DNA of 64,000 nucleotides from Aureliella sp. (GCA_963691875.1 OY829846.1:1920001-1984000), one strand, 5' to 3'; positions 41,341 to 51,505 are shown, counted from the first letter of the stretch. Translations and numbers: made by a program. Notes: generated by a model not told the origin, from the letters alone.

Positions 41341-43140
41341 TCAGCGATTTAGAACGCGTATACCCTGCCCTTGAGCCAGGTTGCTGCGTTGGTACATGGG
41401 TAGGTAGCGATAGTAAACTTCCAGACACAGACAGCTCATCGCCGTAGAATAAACTCGCCCACCGTATCCGCCCCACAGCTTGTCAGGCTTCCAACTGCCT
41501 GCCTGCTCTTCATATACGGGTGTTTGATTAGCCAGCAGGCGCTGCTTCATGACTTGATTCCAGACTCGCCAGTCTTCGTCTTGCAGCTGAAAAAGTGCCA
41601 AGGTTGCGTAGTACCAGAAATAGACGTTGTCCTCTCCAACTCCCGGGCGACTGTTCATCACCATCTTTTTGGCCTCGAGAAGTCCATTATTGGACAACGG
41701 ATAGTCCAGCATAAATCGACACGCAAGTGACTCGGCAGTCATCGTCGCGGACGGCCGCCCTTCGCCGGGTTTGTATCTGGCCAAGCCGCCGAAGTTTCCG
41801 GCAGAACACGAGCTCAAGAATCGCCGCATTCGCTCTTGGACTACGGCAGGTATTACCAATCCGCTTCGCTCTACACTTTTCAGTGCCATCGCCTGCCAAC
41901 CAAACTGACTCAGATCACCGGGCTCACGCGGCCGATAACGCCAACCGCCACCTCCTGGATCCTGTGCTCCAAGGCTGTAGTTCGCCGCCCGAATCACCGC
42001 TTTGCGCAACGTCTTGTCCTTCGTCATCGCGTGAGCTTCGGCGACGGCCAACATGGCAATACTGTGGCAGTACATCCGCGAGTTCAGTACGGCCGAAGAG
42101 TTACCAAGTTGCTTAGGACCTGACAAATCACCCGACGGCATCTGTGCGTTCAGCAAGTAAATGAGCCCATTCCGGACCGTCGCAGCGTACTCACCTTCCA
42201 AGTGTGTATGTCCGGCAGCGAGAAAGGCCAGCAGCGCCAACCCCGTAACACCAGTGTCCGCGTCGCGACCCGTGCCACTCCGCGACAAGCCGAGTGCGTT
42301 GGTCTCAGTTCCGGCTCCGTAAGCAGCTGCATTCCACGAGCCGTCCTGGCTCTGCGCGTCTACAAGCCATTTGAGAGCAGCCGCAACGGCAGCTTCGGTG
42401 TCTGCATCAGCCCCATAAGCACGAGCTCGTTCCAGGCGATTGGCCGCTTGGCGGAGCTGATACGCCTTGGGCAACTCACTGACAGGCAGCTGACTAGCTA
42501 CACTTTGCACAGGTGGATCTGGAGTTGGTTGTGATTCGGCCTCCGGTACCGGAATCTCCATCGCATCAAGCGACGCATTCAGCTGCTCCGTCGGCTGCGT
42601 ATCGGAACTAAGCGTTGGCAGATCCGGAAGATCTGGCATCGGCGGAGGAGTTGTTTCCAAAGGCGGCAGTTCCGGCAGACTGCTTGGTTCGGGAGAAAGC
42701 TCTGGCAATGGCTCCGGTTCCAAGTCGTCTAAGTTGACGCCAGCCAGAATCTCCGGTTCAGGATAATCCATTGATGGAGAAGCTTGTTCCCATGGCTCCG
42801 GCTCGGTGACCTGAGCCTCGCTGGCTTCAATCAGATCCGGCGACAGGCTTATTGCGATCGCGTAGTCTACCCCTCGATCCATTCCGCTGGGATCACCTTG
42901 CGGCAAGACCGGAACGCTTCCCACCGCGTAGATTAAGAGCCAAACGTGCAACACCACGCTTAGCACGACAAACTTGGTGAGCGGTTTAGCTCGGCCCCAG
43001 TTCGTCTTGGACGCGATAAACAAGCCAATCGCGAGCACTGCAAAGGCGACGCCGAAGACGATCGCCATGACTCGACCCGAGGTCAAGTAGAGCCAGAATC
43101 GCCAGCCCGCATCAACGATCTCAGTCCACCACTCCGACAT
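41341..43140 (-). CDS. Membrane-anchored prenyltransferase/squalene-oxidase-repeat (alpha/alpha barrel) protein with TonB-like anchor and Pro/Glu spacer
   Basis: Two TM helices (second contains SVVLH); EPEP/LPDLP-rich linker; ALKWLVDAQSQDGSW, TGLALLAFL, YLLNAQ, AQDPGGGGWRY, YFWYYATL, GGRVYSTA..LCLEVYYRY. Confidence 0.88.
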   Translation of the reverse strand: MSEWWTEIVDAGWRFWLYLTSGRVMAIVFGVAFAVLAIGLFIASKTNWGRAKPLTKFVVLSVVLHVWLLIYAVGSVPVLPQGDPSGMDRGVDYAIAISLSPDLIEASEAQVTEPEPWEQASPSMDYPEPEILAGVNLDDLEPEPLPELSPEPSSLPELPPLETTPPPMPDLPDLPTLSSDTQPTEQLNASLDAMEIPVPEAESQPTPDPPVQSVASQLPVSELPKAYQLRQAANRLERARAYGADADTEAAVAAALKWLVDAQSQDGSWNAAAYGAGTETNALGLSRSGTGRDADTGVTGLALLAFLAAGHTHLEGEYAATVRNGLIYLLNAQMPSGDLSGPKQLGNSSAVLNSRMYCHSIAMLAVAEAHAMTKDKTLRKAVIRAANYSLGAQDPGGGGWRYRPREPGDLSQFGWQAMALKSVERSGLVIPAVVQERMRRFLSSCSAGNFGGLARYKPGEGRPSATMTAESLACRFMLDYPLSNNGLLEAKKMVMNSRPGVGEDNVYFWYYATLALFQLQDEDWRVWNQVMKQRLLANQTPVYEEQAGSWKPDKLWGGYGGRVYSTAMSCLCLEVYYRYLPMYQRSNLAQGQGIRVLNR

Positions 43141-43565
43141 TACCGCAGCTGCCCTCGTTGAGTCGTAGCAGCAATGGCCATGTCCGCAACGCCGGCTCGA
43201 GTGATGGCGCCGTAGAGTTGCACGACATCCTGGTGCTGTACCGTACCATCGGCGCGAACAACGACACCCAGATCTGGATACTGGCTTTGCATTTCCGCGA
43301 GCTGTTTGGTCAATTGCTCCATAGAAACGGGTGCACCATCCAGATATATGTCGCCTCCCGCTGTTATCGCAACTTCGCGACGATCTGGTGGAGCCACCAT
43401 GGCTTGCAACTGCCCCGCTCCTGGCAGCGTCAATTCTATTTGCTTCTCTTCCTCGGTGAACTGCGTACCGACCATAAAAAAGATGATCAATAAGAAAACC
43501 ACATCAATCATCGGAGTCAGATTGACCGTTGGCAGTTCTTCAGAGGAGCTTGTTTTCAGCGCCAT
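43140..43565 (-). CDS. exbD: ExbD/TolR biopolymer transport protein
   Basis: VNLTPMIDVVFLLIIFFMV (conserved Asp), VVVRAD; stop overlaps the next start (TAATG). Confidence 0.93.
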   Translation of the reverse strand: MALKTSSSEELPTVNLTPMIDVVFLLIIFFMVGTQFTEEEKQIELTLPGAGQLQAMVAPPDRREVAITAGGDIYLDGAPVSMEQLTKQLAEMQSQYPDLGVVVRADGTVQHQDVVQLYGAITRAGVADMAIAATTQRGQLR

Positions 43566-43640
43566 GCTTGGTGCTTCCTAATTCTCAGGTATCAATGCGT
43601 CCCTGCTCACCTTTGACCGGAAACGCCCCCGACGGTGGTA

Positions 43641-44528
43641 CTACGCTGCCTTGCGCGTTCGTCTCTTCGTTCCCTGTGCTTCGGCACACACAAGCTCAAT
43701 CAAGCTCTGGCTAAGTTTATCCATTTCCAGAATCAACTGGTCTGACCTGCCAACAAAATAGGCGTACGCGGTGTACGCAGGAATTGCGACACATAACCCA
43801 GCTGCTGTCGTCAACAAGGCGCCGCCAATACCGCTGGCTAACATCTCTGGACGCCCCATCGCGTCGGCTTGAGCGATTGTATTAAACGCATCGATCATTC
43901 CTAGGACCGTTCCAAGTAGCCCAAGCAATGGCGCTAGGTTTGCAATGGTACTGAACAAACGCAAGTACCGTCGCAGTTGACTGGTTACGTGCTCGCCAGC
44001 ATCCATGACAGCTTGTTCAATCTCAACGGCCGGTCGCCCCCACTTTTTCAGTGCCGTTTCAAAAAGCTCCGCGATAGGACTCGCATTCTCTTCGCACAAC
44101 TCCAAGGCTTCTTCCTGAGCAATCTGTTGTTGCTCCAGCTGTTCCAGCACGCCGCGGACGAATAGCCTAGGCATCACGCGTGTCTTGCGCAAGAAAAAGC
44201 CTCGTTCCATGGCGAAAATAACTAGCACGATCGAGCAAATCACAATCGCGAACATCGGCACTCCGCCTCTGCGGAAGATCGAGATCAAGCTATTTGCTTC
44301 GATCGTCCCGGCCTGTTCCACTGTGTTCACATCTGAATCTGCAGGCACACCTCCCAGCGAAACGGGATCCGGGATTGGCGGTAAAGGATTGTTAGCTGCA
44401 ATACGTCCGCCCGCAGGCTCTCGCGAGAAGGTGGTAGGTGGAGGCGCACCCTCCTGAGCAAGCGAACTCTCGCATGTCAAACTCGTGATCAAGAGCATGA
44501 ATATCAGGGTGACGACACGTATTATCAT
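43641..44528 (-). CDS. exbB: ExbB/TolQ/MotA proton channel protein
   Basis: IANLAPLLGLLGTVLGMIDAF, LASGIGGALLTTAAGLCVAIPA; N-terminal signal-like extension. Confidence 0.93.
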   Translation of the reverse strand: MIIRVVTLIFMLLITSLTCESSLAQEGAPPPTTFSREPAGGRIAANNPLPPIPDPVSLGGVPADSDVNTVEQAGTIEANSLISIFRRGGVPMFAIVICSIVLVIFAMERGFFLRKTRVMPRLFVRGVLEQLEQQQIAQEEALELCEENASPIAELFETALKKWGRPAVEIEQAVMDAGEHVTSQLRRYLRLFSTIANLAPLLGLLGTVLGMIDAFNTIAQADAMGRPEMLASGIGGALLTTAAGLCVAIPAYTAYAYFVGRSDQLILEMDKLSQSLIELVCAEAQGTKRRTRKAA

Positions 44529-44543
44529 GGGAATAACGTTGAC

Positions 44544-45905
44544 TTAACGGTTTCGCGTCTGAATGGATTCTTGCAGTACAGCGATTCGCTGTTCAATCAG
44601 TTTATTGGCAGTGGATTCTTGATTGGTAAATTTCAGTTCTTGATATGCAGCGAGTGCTAGTTGCCATTGCCCCGAAAGTTCCAAACACTTGGCTCGCTGC
44701 AAAGCCGCACGCTGAGTCCATTCTTCTGTCTGCAGTCGCAACACTCGATCGTAACTCTGGATGGCGTTCGCATAGTCGCGTTTCAAGAACCAAACCTCGC
44801 CTTGTAGCCATACTGCTTTGGCGAGATATTCTGTGTGCCTGTTTTTCTTCGCCTCCGCCTCGACATCGCCCAGCAATTTTATGGCAGCTTCGAAATCAAT
44901 CTGCGCAATAGCCGCTTGAGCTTGCAAGAATTCGATCTCAGCCAACTGCACCGGCTCGTAACGCCGCCTTGCGAGTTCGAACAATCTCGTGCAATTCGAG
45001 TAATGTTTTTTTTGAAGTGAATACTGCATCAACCGCAGATCCACGACATGAGCCCAGCTTGGCATCGCCCCCCCCGTGGGCAGGCATTGCGAAAGTTGCT
45101 CGTAAATGGGTTGAGCCAGCGTTGTGCGTTTGCTCTCAGTCAGCTTCTCAGCTACGGAGAACAGGATTTCCCCTTCCTGCTCACGCAGAATCGGTGAAAG
45201 CTTCGTGAGTTCGCTGAGCGCCTTCTGAGGATCACCGTCAGTCTTCAGTTGTTGCCAAGCGACTTTCATTCCGATTCGAACTGATTCTTTTCGAAGCGCA
45301 GCCTGCTCCTCCGGGCTAGCTGCGCCGGTCCACTGCAGCCACTTGATTGCATCCGAAAACCGCTGTTCCTTCTCTGCATCGGCTGCAGCAACACGAGCTG
45401 CATAACGCTGAAGTGTTGCAACTCGCTTGAGAAGTTTTTCATCCAGCTCTTGGGCCTTGAGTTGCTCACCGGAAGCCTTCTCAGCTTGGCGTGCTCTGCT
45501 TAGCTGATTTTGCAGTTCTTGCAGCAGCTGGAACCCCTGTTCCGCCTTCCCTTGGCGAATCAAGCACTCAGATAAATAGACACAGACTGTATTCCGCAGA
45601 ACAAAGTCTGGGTGCTTCTCATGCAATTCCTGAAGCGGAAGCGCCGCCGCATCGTATCTTCCCAGAGCCAGCGCGTCCGACGCCGACTGATAGAGCTCAC
45701 GGTCGGTTGTTGGTTTTTCTTCCGAATCCCCTGCGTTCGGCTGAGCCACGAGCGGAGCTGACGCGCAAGGAAGGACAAGAAGCAGAATGCATCGAACCAG
45801 AGCACCAAGAGTTTTCGCTCTGGTCCTCTCCGCAAGGCAGAGACTGCTAAATACGATCGATGAAATTGAGTGCCTGCGGGGCACAACACGACAAATAGAG
45901 AACAC
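44544..45905 (-). CDS. Secreted tetratricopeptide-repeat protein (CpoB/BamD-like)
   Basis: Hydrophobic leader; AVWLQGEVWFLKRDYANAIQSY, AALQRAKCLELSGQWQLALAAY; ends 15 nt before exbB; start uncertain. Confidence 0.82.
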   Translation of the reverse strand: MFSICRVVPRRHSISSIVFSSLCLAERTRAKTLGALVRCILLLVLPCASAPLVAQPNAGDSEEKPTTDRELYQSASDALALGRYDAAALPLQELHEKHPDFVLRNTVCVYLSECLIRQGKAEQGFQLLQELQNQLSRARQAEKASGEQLKAQELDEKLLKRVATLQRYAARVAAADAEKEQRFSDAIKWLQWTGAASPEEQAALRKESVRIGMKVAWQQLKTDGDPQKALSELTKLSPILREQEGEILFSVAEKLTESKRTTLAQPIYEQLSQCLPTGGAMPSWAHVVDLRLMQYSLQKKHYSNCTRLFELARRRYEPVQLAEIEFLQAQAAIAQIDFEAAIKLLGDVEAEAKKNRHTEYLAKAVWLQGEVWFLKRDYANAIQSYDRVLRLQTEEWTQRAALQRAKCLELSGQWQLALAAYQELKFTNQESTANKLIEQRIAVLQESIQTRNR

Positions 45906-46105
45906 CGTCTGCTTCCCTGCGTTCGGCTGCTTGTAATTGGGTTTCGATTCAGTTGATGTCGCAAAGCGGAAGCGACCTCAACCGCTACCGAATATCGACT
46001 TGTACTAGGCTGCGAGCTGAGAAACAAGACAATCTGCGGGTTGCGACGATCCTTGGCAACGTTGCCAATTTAGGCGATTTTACCGCATAGCTAGCAATTG
46101 CCAAA

Positions 46106-47056
46106 TCAAATCCACTTCTGCAGCTCGGCCAATAACGTGGCGAGAACGTCGCGATCCGAGTCTGGGCGAGTTGGGCTGCCAGGATAAGTTCGATCCGACT
46201 CGATCCATTTCCTAAGCTTCAGAAAGTGAGCCGCCGAATGTTTGTAAGCTGGAACAGGGGCTCGAAAAGTGAAAAAGCCAAGGTACTGCAGCCAATCATT
46301 CAAGTGGAAGAACTCGGGATCCCCCTGCTCCCAACAACGATCGCGCAGAGCAAAAAGATCCGGCGCCATCGTACTCAGGCCTAGCAAGTAGTCGCTACCA
46401 TACATGACCATGTCGATCGCCAAGTCATTACCGGTCAGCACATGGAAGTCAGGGCGGATTGCGTTGCGAACGCCCAATCGCTGCCACTCCAGTTTCCGAT
46501 CCAGCGAACTATGCTTAGCTCCGATGCACTGCGGAATCTTGACGAGCTGCTCGTAAACTTCCAAGGAGTAAATTTTTCCAAAAGGTGCGAAGACCGCGCC
46601 GAGTTCAAATCCGATAAATCGGTCCGCCTCGGAAGCTAAGCTCTGGTAGCTGGCCACTATGGATGCATTATCCTGCTCCGTTAAACCATAAGACTGAAAC
46701 AGTACCGGCACTCCGCCGTGCTGCTGGATTGACGCCATCTGGTGACGATATGCATCGCCGTCGAAGGGCGCGCCAGAACGATCGCCGACAAAGGCTCCTG
46801 CGACATACATCTTGCCGGATGCTATTTCCCGCGTTTCACGAAGCACCTGGACTCTTGTCGCCTCATCGATCAAATGCGCGTAGCCGGTATCCATGTTGAC
46901 GGCTGGAACCAACCCTGCGTCCAAGGTCCGGCGCACGTGAGCTCGAAAACTTTCCCAGTCCACCGAAAGGTCTTCATTCAATGGCAACAAAACCGCTGAC
47001 ATCCCCAGGATTTTTCGCCGCTGCTTCTGGACAGGAACCTGTTCAATCTGATCCAT
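46106..47056 (-). CDS. Dihydrodipicolinate synthase-family (class I aldolase) protein
   Basis: [23 protein letters not shown] (Schiff-base Lys), TGND; GAGGA RBS. Confidence 0.85.
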   Translation of the reverse strand: MDQIEQVPVQKQRRKILGMSAVLLPLNEDLSVDWESFRAHVRRTLDAGLVPAVNMDTGYAHLIDEATRVQVLRETREIASGKMYVAGAFVGDRSGAPFDGDAYRHQMASIQQHGGVPVLFQSYGLTEQDNASIVASYQSLASEADRFIGFELGAVFAPFGKIYSLEVYEQLVKIPQCIGAKHSSLDRKLEWQRLGVRNAIRPDFHVLTGNDLAIDMVMYGSDYLLGLSTMAPDLFALRDRCWEQGDPEFFHLNDWLQYLGFFTFRAPVPAYKHSAAHFLKLRKWIESDRTYPGSPTRPDSDRDVLATLLAELQKWI

Positions 47057-47090
47057 ATCGTTTCCTCAATTCGCTTCAGGCAAAAAGAAC

Positions 47091-48362
47091 TTAGCGAAGT
47101 AGCGTCACCAACTCTTCGTCCAAAGCAGGCAATTTGCCTCTTTGGTTCGACTGCAACGCCTCTTCAAAGTGCTTATCTGCAGCAAGCATCTGTTCCAGGA
47201 TATCGGGCCGCCTGTCGGCAACGTCGCTGACTTCCATCCGATCCTCGGGTTTGACGAACAGCTTCGACTCGCCATTCTCGCCCTCTTCACCCACAATCAA
47301 GCTACTCCAGGCGGGACAACGCAACCAACTCCCATTGTTGCCGGCCGTTTTGGCAAGCTGCAGGCTCGTCGACCAGCGCGAAGTAGAGTCGCTGAAAGGC
47401 AGTTGCAACAAATCTTGTCCCCAAGACGAATCCGCCGCAGCGGACTCCGCTTGTCGCCCGAGTAAACTTGCCATGATGGTCGCGGCCAGGTCGGGCAGCT
47501 GGAACAGCTCACCGCGTCGGGTCATGCGCCATTTGGTTTCCGGGGCTGTCAATATTGCTGGCACACTCAGCACTTCTCCATGCAAACTCTGCGTAACCGC
47601 GCCCGCAGCATCTCGACAGCTCCCGATCTGGCCGTGTTCACCAAGCGGCGTTCCACCAAGTCCCAGAATGACCACCGTCCAGTCTTCATGCTCGAGTCGC
47701 GCGTGCATCGCTCCCAGTAAAGTCGCCAAGCCCTCGTCGATAACCGAGCTCTGCGCCGCCGCAACTTGTCCCCATCCGACCACATCATCCGGGTCCGTTA
47801 CAGGTCCAATCGTAAAACTCGGCGGCCCCACCTCAGAGGGTGGATCAGGATCCTCCGGGTCGGTGAAACTCGCTCGGAGCTCTTCAGGTGCATCCCAAGG
47901 CAAATTCAATCCAGAGCTATGAACCCAAACCACACCTTCTCGCCGACTAGCCATCTCTGCAGCGGCATAGAAAAGTTGCATCGCAGTACAGTCATCGGAG
48001 GTCGCTGCAGGTTCGTCATTGGATTCGACTGGCAGAAAGGCAGCTTCACCACACCCGAATGACTCCGCCTGCTCCGCAACCAACTCGCGATCGGTGATCA
48101 AGCAAGCAGGAATTCCAGCAGCTTCACACGCAGACCAAAGATTGGAACTAGAACCGGCGAAAGAGCTGGGTTGGAGTGCATGCCGTGCCGTCCACAAACT
48201 ATTTAACTGGCTGTGGAGTCCGCAGGAGTCCAGAAAGCATTGGTCGAGCACCATGCCGCCGGCAGCGACTCGGTCCAACGTCGGAGTACGCGCCAAATTC
48301 GCTCCCATGCACCCGAGCAGACCACGCCCCCAACCTTCAACAGCTACTACCAGTGTGTTCAC
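47091..48362 (-). CDS. Sulfatase/alkaline-phosphatase-fold protein, apparently catalytically degenerate
   Basis: LGCMGA..RTPTLDRVA, LGEHG, LHGEVLSVPAI, DLAATI, LFVKPEDRMEVSDV; no CxPxR. Confidence 0.78.
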   Translation of the reverse strand: MNTLVVAVEGWGRGLLGCMGANLARTPTLDRVAAGGMVLDQCFLDSCGLHSQLNSLWTARHALQPSSFAGSSSNLWSACEAAGIPACLITDRELVAEQAESFGCGEAAFLPVESNDEPAATSDDCTAMQLFYAAAEMASRREGVVWVHSSGLNLPWDAPEELRASFTDPEDPDPPSEVGPPSFTIGPVTDPDDVVGWGQVAAAQSSVIDEGLATLLGAMHARLEHEDWTVVILGLGGTPLGEHGQIGSCRDAAGAVTQSLHGEVLSVPAILTAPETKWRMTRRGELFQLPDLAATIMASLLGRQAESAAADSSWGQDLLQLPFSDSTSRWSTSLQLAKTAGNNGSWLRCPAWSSLIVGEEGENGESKLFVKPEDRMEVSDVADRRPDILEQMLAADKHFEEALQSNQRGKLPALDEELVTLLR

Positions 48363-48425
48363 TTATTCCAATTTCTCTTAACGACCAGCCTCATGCGCCG
48401 TCTTGTTTGGGGCTCGTTTTCTCGA

Positions 48426-48450
48426 GTAGCGGAAGTCGCCAAGACTTTCG
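48426..48450 (+). repeat. GTAG-type REP-like palindrome
   Basis: GTAG + CGGAAGTC-GCCAA-GACTTTCG hairpin in an intergenic region. Confidence 0.6.
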
Positions 48451-48650
48451 GCTTTACTATTGCCTTGGAAGTCGACTCGGGTGTTCTTTTAACCACAAAT
48501 CGCTAACAACGCCTGTGCTGGGCTTATTTTCGGCGCGCTGGAACAGCACTACGCTCGTCAGCGGCCTACGATCGATTCAAACTATCGGATGGCCTCGGAA
48601 GCGATTCTACCGGTCTCAATAGAAACCGAGAAGGTATCGCAAACGCAGAA

Positions 48651-51383
48651 CTATCTCGCCAACTGCTTTTCGATTCGGTCCAGGCTACACTCACGATCCT
48701 GGGTCCAAAGTCGATAACTCAGCGGAAAGACCTGCAAGCCCGATCGATAAAGCACTCGATATCGTTCCAAAGAGTAGGCTTCCATCAAAGCACCTGGATA
48801 GCCGACCAAATCGATTCCTGCCAATTGCCCTGAGTTTTCTACAAGCAGATCCAATTCCAATCCTGCCAATTTGAAATCTTGCCAGCAGCGGAATCCTCTC
48901 GCAGTGCATGCTTCTAGGACCTCCACTCGAAACTCATCCTGAACACGCGGAGCATCGAGATGCTTTTCCATACGTGCTTTGTCGCAAGCTTCCAACCAGC
49001 GGCGAAGCAGACTGCCGCTAGGCAGCTGATCTAGGTCAAAAGACCGATAGATCTCTTGGCGATGCCGAGCTCTAGTGATGGATACATTCAAGACTTCTGG
49101 CTGCTCGAGGAATCGAAACGATGCAGAGTGTGATTCGTTGTCTACCACTAGCGATATCAACATCAAATCGCGTTCCTCACCTTGAAAAGTGTGGGCTGTC
49201 CCTACCAACAAGCTATGCTTCTCAAATTCCTCGTACGAAAACCTTTTGTCGAGTTCTCGTGCCAGATAGTCGACTTGGCTACGAAAAGGCGATAGTATCC
49301 CAACCGATTGCGCCGCCTGAGGCAAAACTGCTCTTTCACTCTCTACCAACTGTTGCACCTGCAGCAAGATCTTCTCGGCCTCCATCTCGTTGCGTCCTGC
49401 GGACGAGCGAACCCCTTGCGTGCATACGCATTGCAGAACATCTTGCTTTTCGAGTGGCCGCTGCCGCATCACACGCAACGCACCTTGATAGAATTCGCCG
49501 TTGCTAAACTCAATGATCGGAGGCAAAGAACGAAAGTGTTCGTTGAGAAACACGACTTGGGACTGCATGACCGCTTGCTGGGTCGCATCCAGAATTGAGT
49601 TCTTGCGAAAATCAAATCGCTGCTGCTGGGTTTCTTCCAGACCTTGCGACCTTGCTATGCTCAGCTGCCGTCCCTCAGACAGGAACGAAATGTGCCTCAG
49701 TTGCTTCGGATCACCCACGATCACCACTCTCTTTGCACGTTGGAGCAGAGGCAAGCAACTCGCGATATCGCACTGCGTCGCCTCGTCAAGTATCGCCAGA
49801 TCAAAGAGATCCTCCTGCAAGGGCAGCACGTTTGCCAAGTCTGTCAATTTGCAGAGCCAGACCGGAAAGGCATGAAGCAGCGCACGAAAATCGATTTTCT
49901 GAAAGAGCTCGCGCTGCCGTCCGTCACTGCGTGCCTTGATCGCTTGGAGAAAGTGAGTCAGGTCGGACCGTTTTCGATCAAGAAGATTCTTTGTACGCTC
50001 TTCCAACGTTTGCCGTAGAAACCGCTTGCTAAGCTCAGTGCGCTGCTCCAACCGCTGTGTGTAGCTCTGCAGACTTTGCCAACCATCAAAGTCACCCAGC
50101 TGCCATTGCCGAAGCCCTTGGGTTAAACTTTTCGATAACCCACCGAATATCGTTGAAGCCATCGAAACCTCCGATTGGCCCCAGGCGATCTCACGGCTTT
50201 GATTTCGAGAAATGGATTGCTCAAGCCGCTGGAGTTCCTTGTCGAGCTTTCGAAGTTGGCGAAACTGCTGCTTTGCGGGCTCCGCTTCCTCATCTTTACA
50301 ACTAATCCCGCTTAGCAAGTTTTCAAGCGACTCTTTCAGCTTCCGAAGATGCTGCTTGCGTCCGGCACGCACTACCGCACCCGACTCGCCAATCATCTCT
50401 TCGATCTTGTCGCCGACAACATTGACGGATTGATCCATCCGCGACGCGATAAGGACCGTTTGCTTACGAGCCAAGTGATCCAAGGCCACCGACGCGATCG
50501 TATGCGACTTCCCGGTGCCCGGTGGTCCGACCACCATCGTGACGTCTTGATTTCGGCACAATCTTGCGACCTGTTCCTGGGCCTCACTGAGCGTCGACGG
50601 AGCAAGCGAAGGCAGTGTTTTGATTTCTTTCAGCTCAGGTGGCTTGGCGTCCAACAGCGTTTGAAGTGGCGCGGAATAGCGCTCCTGCTCCGACAACTCC
50701 GCCAGTTCAAACAGCACACCGCGTGTATCTGGTGAATTGGCAAGCAAGGCGATAGCCGTCGATGGCAGGCAGCATAAAGATTGTTCTTCCGACTCGCGTC
50801 TCTGCCGTACTTCTTTGCCATGCATCAACTGTGGGAAACCAGCCAAGGATGCAAAGTCGACATGAGGTAGCAAGTCCGCAAACAATGCTGCTACATCGTG
50901 CAAACGTGCCTTGGGCCATGGAGCGGGCGGCAGTCTACCGAGTGCGTTGAGCACGGCGTCAGATTCGATCTCCGCAACTTCCGCAATCTCGAGCAGGACA
51001 GGCAAATTGATGCGACAGTCCGAGAGATCTGGCGCCACGAAGTACTTCTCTTTGAGCTCGACGATCTCGGCCGGGAAATAAATTAACGGTGCACAAAGAT
51101 GCTTCACCAATTGTTCAAGCTCTGAATGCTTGCCGACAACTGGCAGCGTGGCATAAACCAGCGTCTTATCACGACGGTATTTGAAGGCATCCTTTCGCAG
51201 CTTTTCTCCGTACTTCTCGGGCAAAGGCACGCGATCGATTGTTCCACTGAGCGCTACTTCCTCGTTGTCTAAGAATCGTAGATGCCGGATCTTGCTATGC
51301 AACAAGTCCTTGATGCCGACTTCTCGATTATCCGCCTCGTAGCAATCTCGCTGGTAACGGATCAGTTGTTGCAAGTCGGCCAT
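48651..51383 (-). CDS. SF1 (UPF1/DNA2-like) helicase with C-terminal restriction-endonuclease-like domain
   Basis: GPPGTGKS, LDEATQ, GDPKQL, LNEHFRS, GILSPFRSQ, TAHTFQGEE, NVSITRAR; C-terminal ELDLLV...GIDLVG..ERYRVL. Confidence 0.9.
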   Translation of the reverse strand: MADLQQLIRYQRDCYEADNREVGIKDLLHSKIRHLRFLDNEEVALSGTIDRVPLPEKYGEKLRKDAFKYRRDKTLVYATLPVVGKHSELEQLVKHLCAPLIYFPAEIVELKEKYFVAPDLSDCRINLPVLLEIAEVAEIESDAVLNALGRLPPAPWPKARLHDVAALFADLLPHVDFASLAGFPQLMHGKEVRQRRESEEQSLCCLPSTAIALLANSPDTRGVLFELAELSEQERYSAPLQTLLDAKPPELKEIKTLPSLAPSTLSEAQEQVARLCRNQDVTMVVGPPGTGKSHTIASVALDHLARKQTVLIASRMDQSVNVVGDKIEEMIGESGAVVRAGRKQHLRKLKESLENLLSGISCKDEEAEPAKQQFRQLRKLDKELQRLEQSISRNQSREIAWGQSEVSMASTIFGGLSKSLTQGLRQWQLGDFDGWQSLQSYTQRLEQRTELSKRFLRQTLEERTKNLLDRKRSDLTHFLQAIKARSDGRQRELFQKIDFRALLHAFPVWLCKLTDLANVLPLQEDLFDLAILDEATQCDIASCLPLLQRAKRVVIVGDPKQLRHISFLSEGRQLSIARSQGLEETQQQRFDFRKNSILDATQQAVMQSQVVFLNEHFRSLPPIIEFSNGEFYQGALRVMRQRPLEKQDVLQCVCTQGVRSSAGRNEMEAEKILLQVQQLVESERAVLPQAAQSVGILSPFRSQVDYLARELDKRFSYEEFEKHSLLVGTAHTFQGEERDLMLISLVVDNESHSASFRFLEQPEVLNVSITRARHRQEIYRSFDLDQLPSGSLLRRWLEACDKARMEKHLDAPRVQDEFRVEVLEACTARGFRCWQDFKLAGLELDLLVENSGQLAGIDLVGYPGALMEAYSLERYRVLYRSGLQVFPLSYRLWTQDRECSLDRIEKQLAR

Positions 51384-51407
51384 GTGAAAAATTCATTTCC
51401 CGACAAG

Positions 51408-51505
51408 TTACCCTCCCGCTTGGCGGGGGTCGGGCCATCAGGCCCGGGAGTGGCCCACTGGCGACTAGCTTCTCTCTGCTCGCCGACTTCAAGTGAACGG
51501 GGTAA
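51408..51505. repeat. Degenerate REP/MITE-like palindromic element
   Basis: TTACCC...GGGTAA ends; internal hairpins CTCCCGC-TTG-GCGGGGG and CGGGCC-ATCA-GGCCCG. Confidence 0.55.

Noticed and set aside
41341..43140. Squalene-hopene cyclase or thioester protein call
   Set aside because: Only one barrel, no DxDD and no CxEQ motif
47134..47922. 262-aa plus-strand ORF
   Set aside because: Antisense shadow of the sulfatase-like gene, Ser/Pro-rich; the same applies to other long antisense ORFs such as 60640-61398 and 52361-53038
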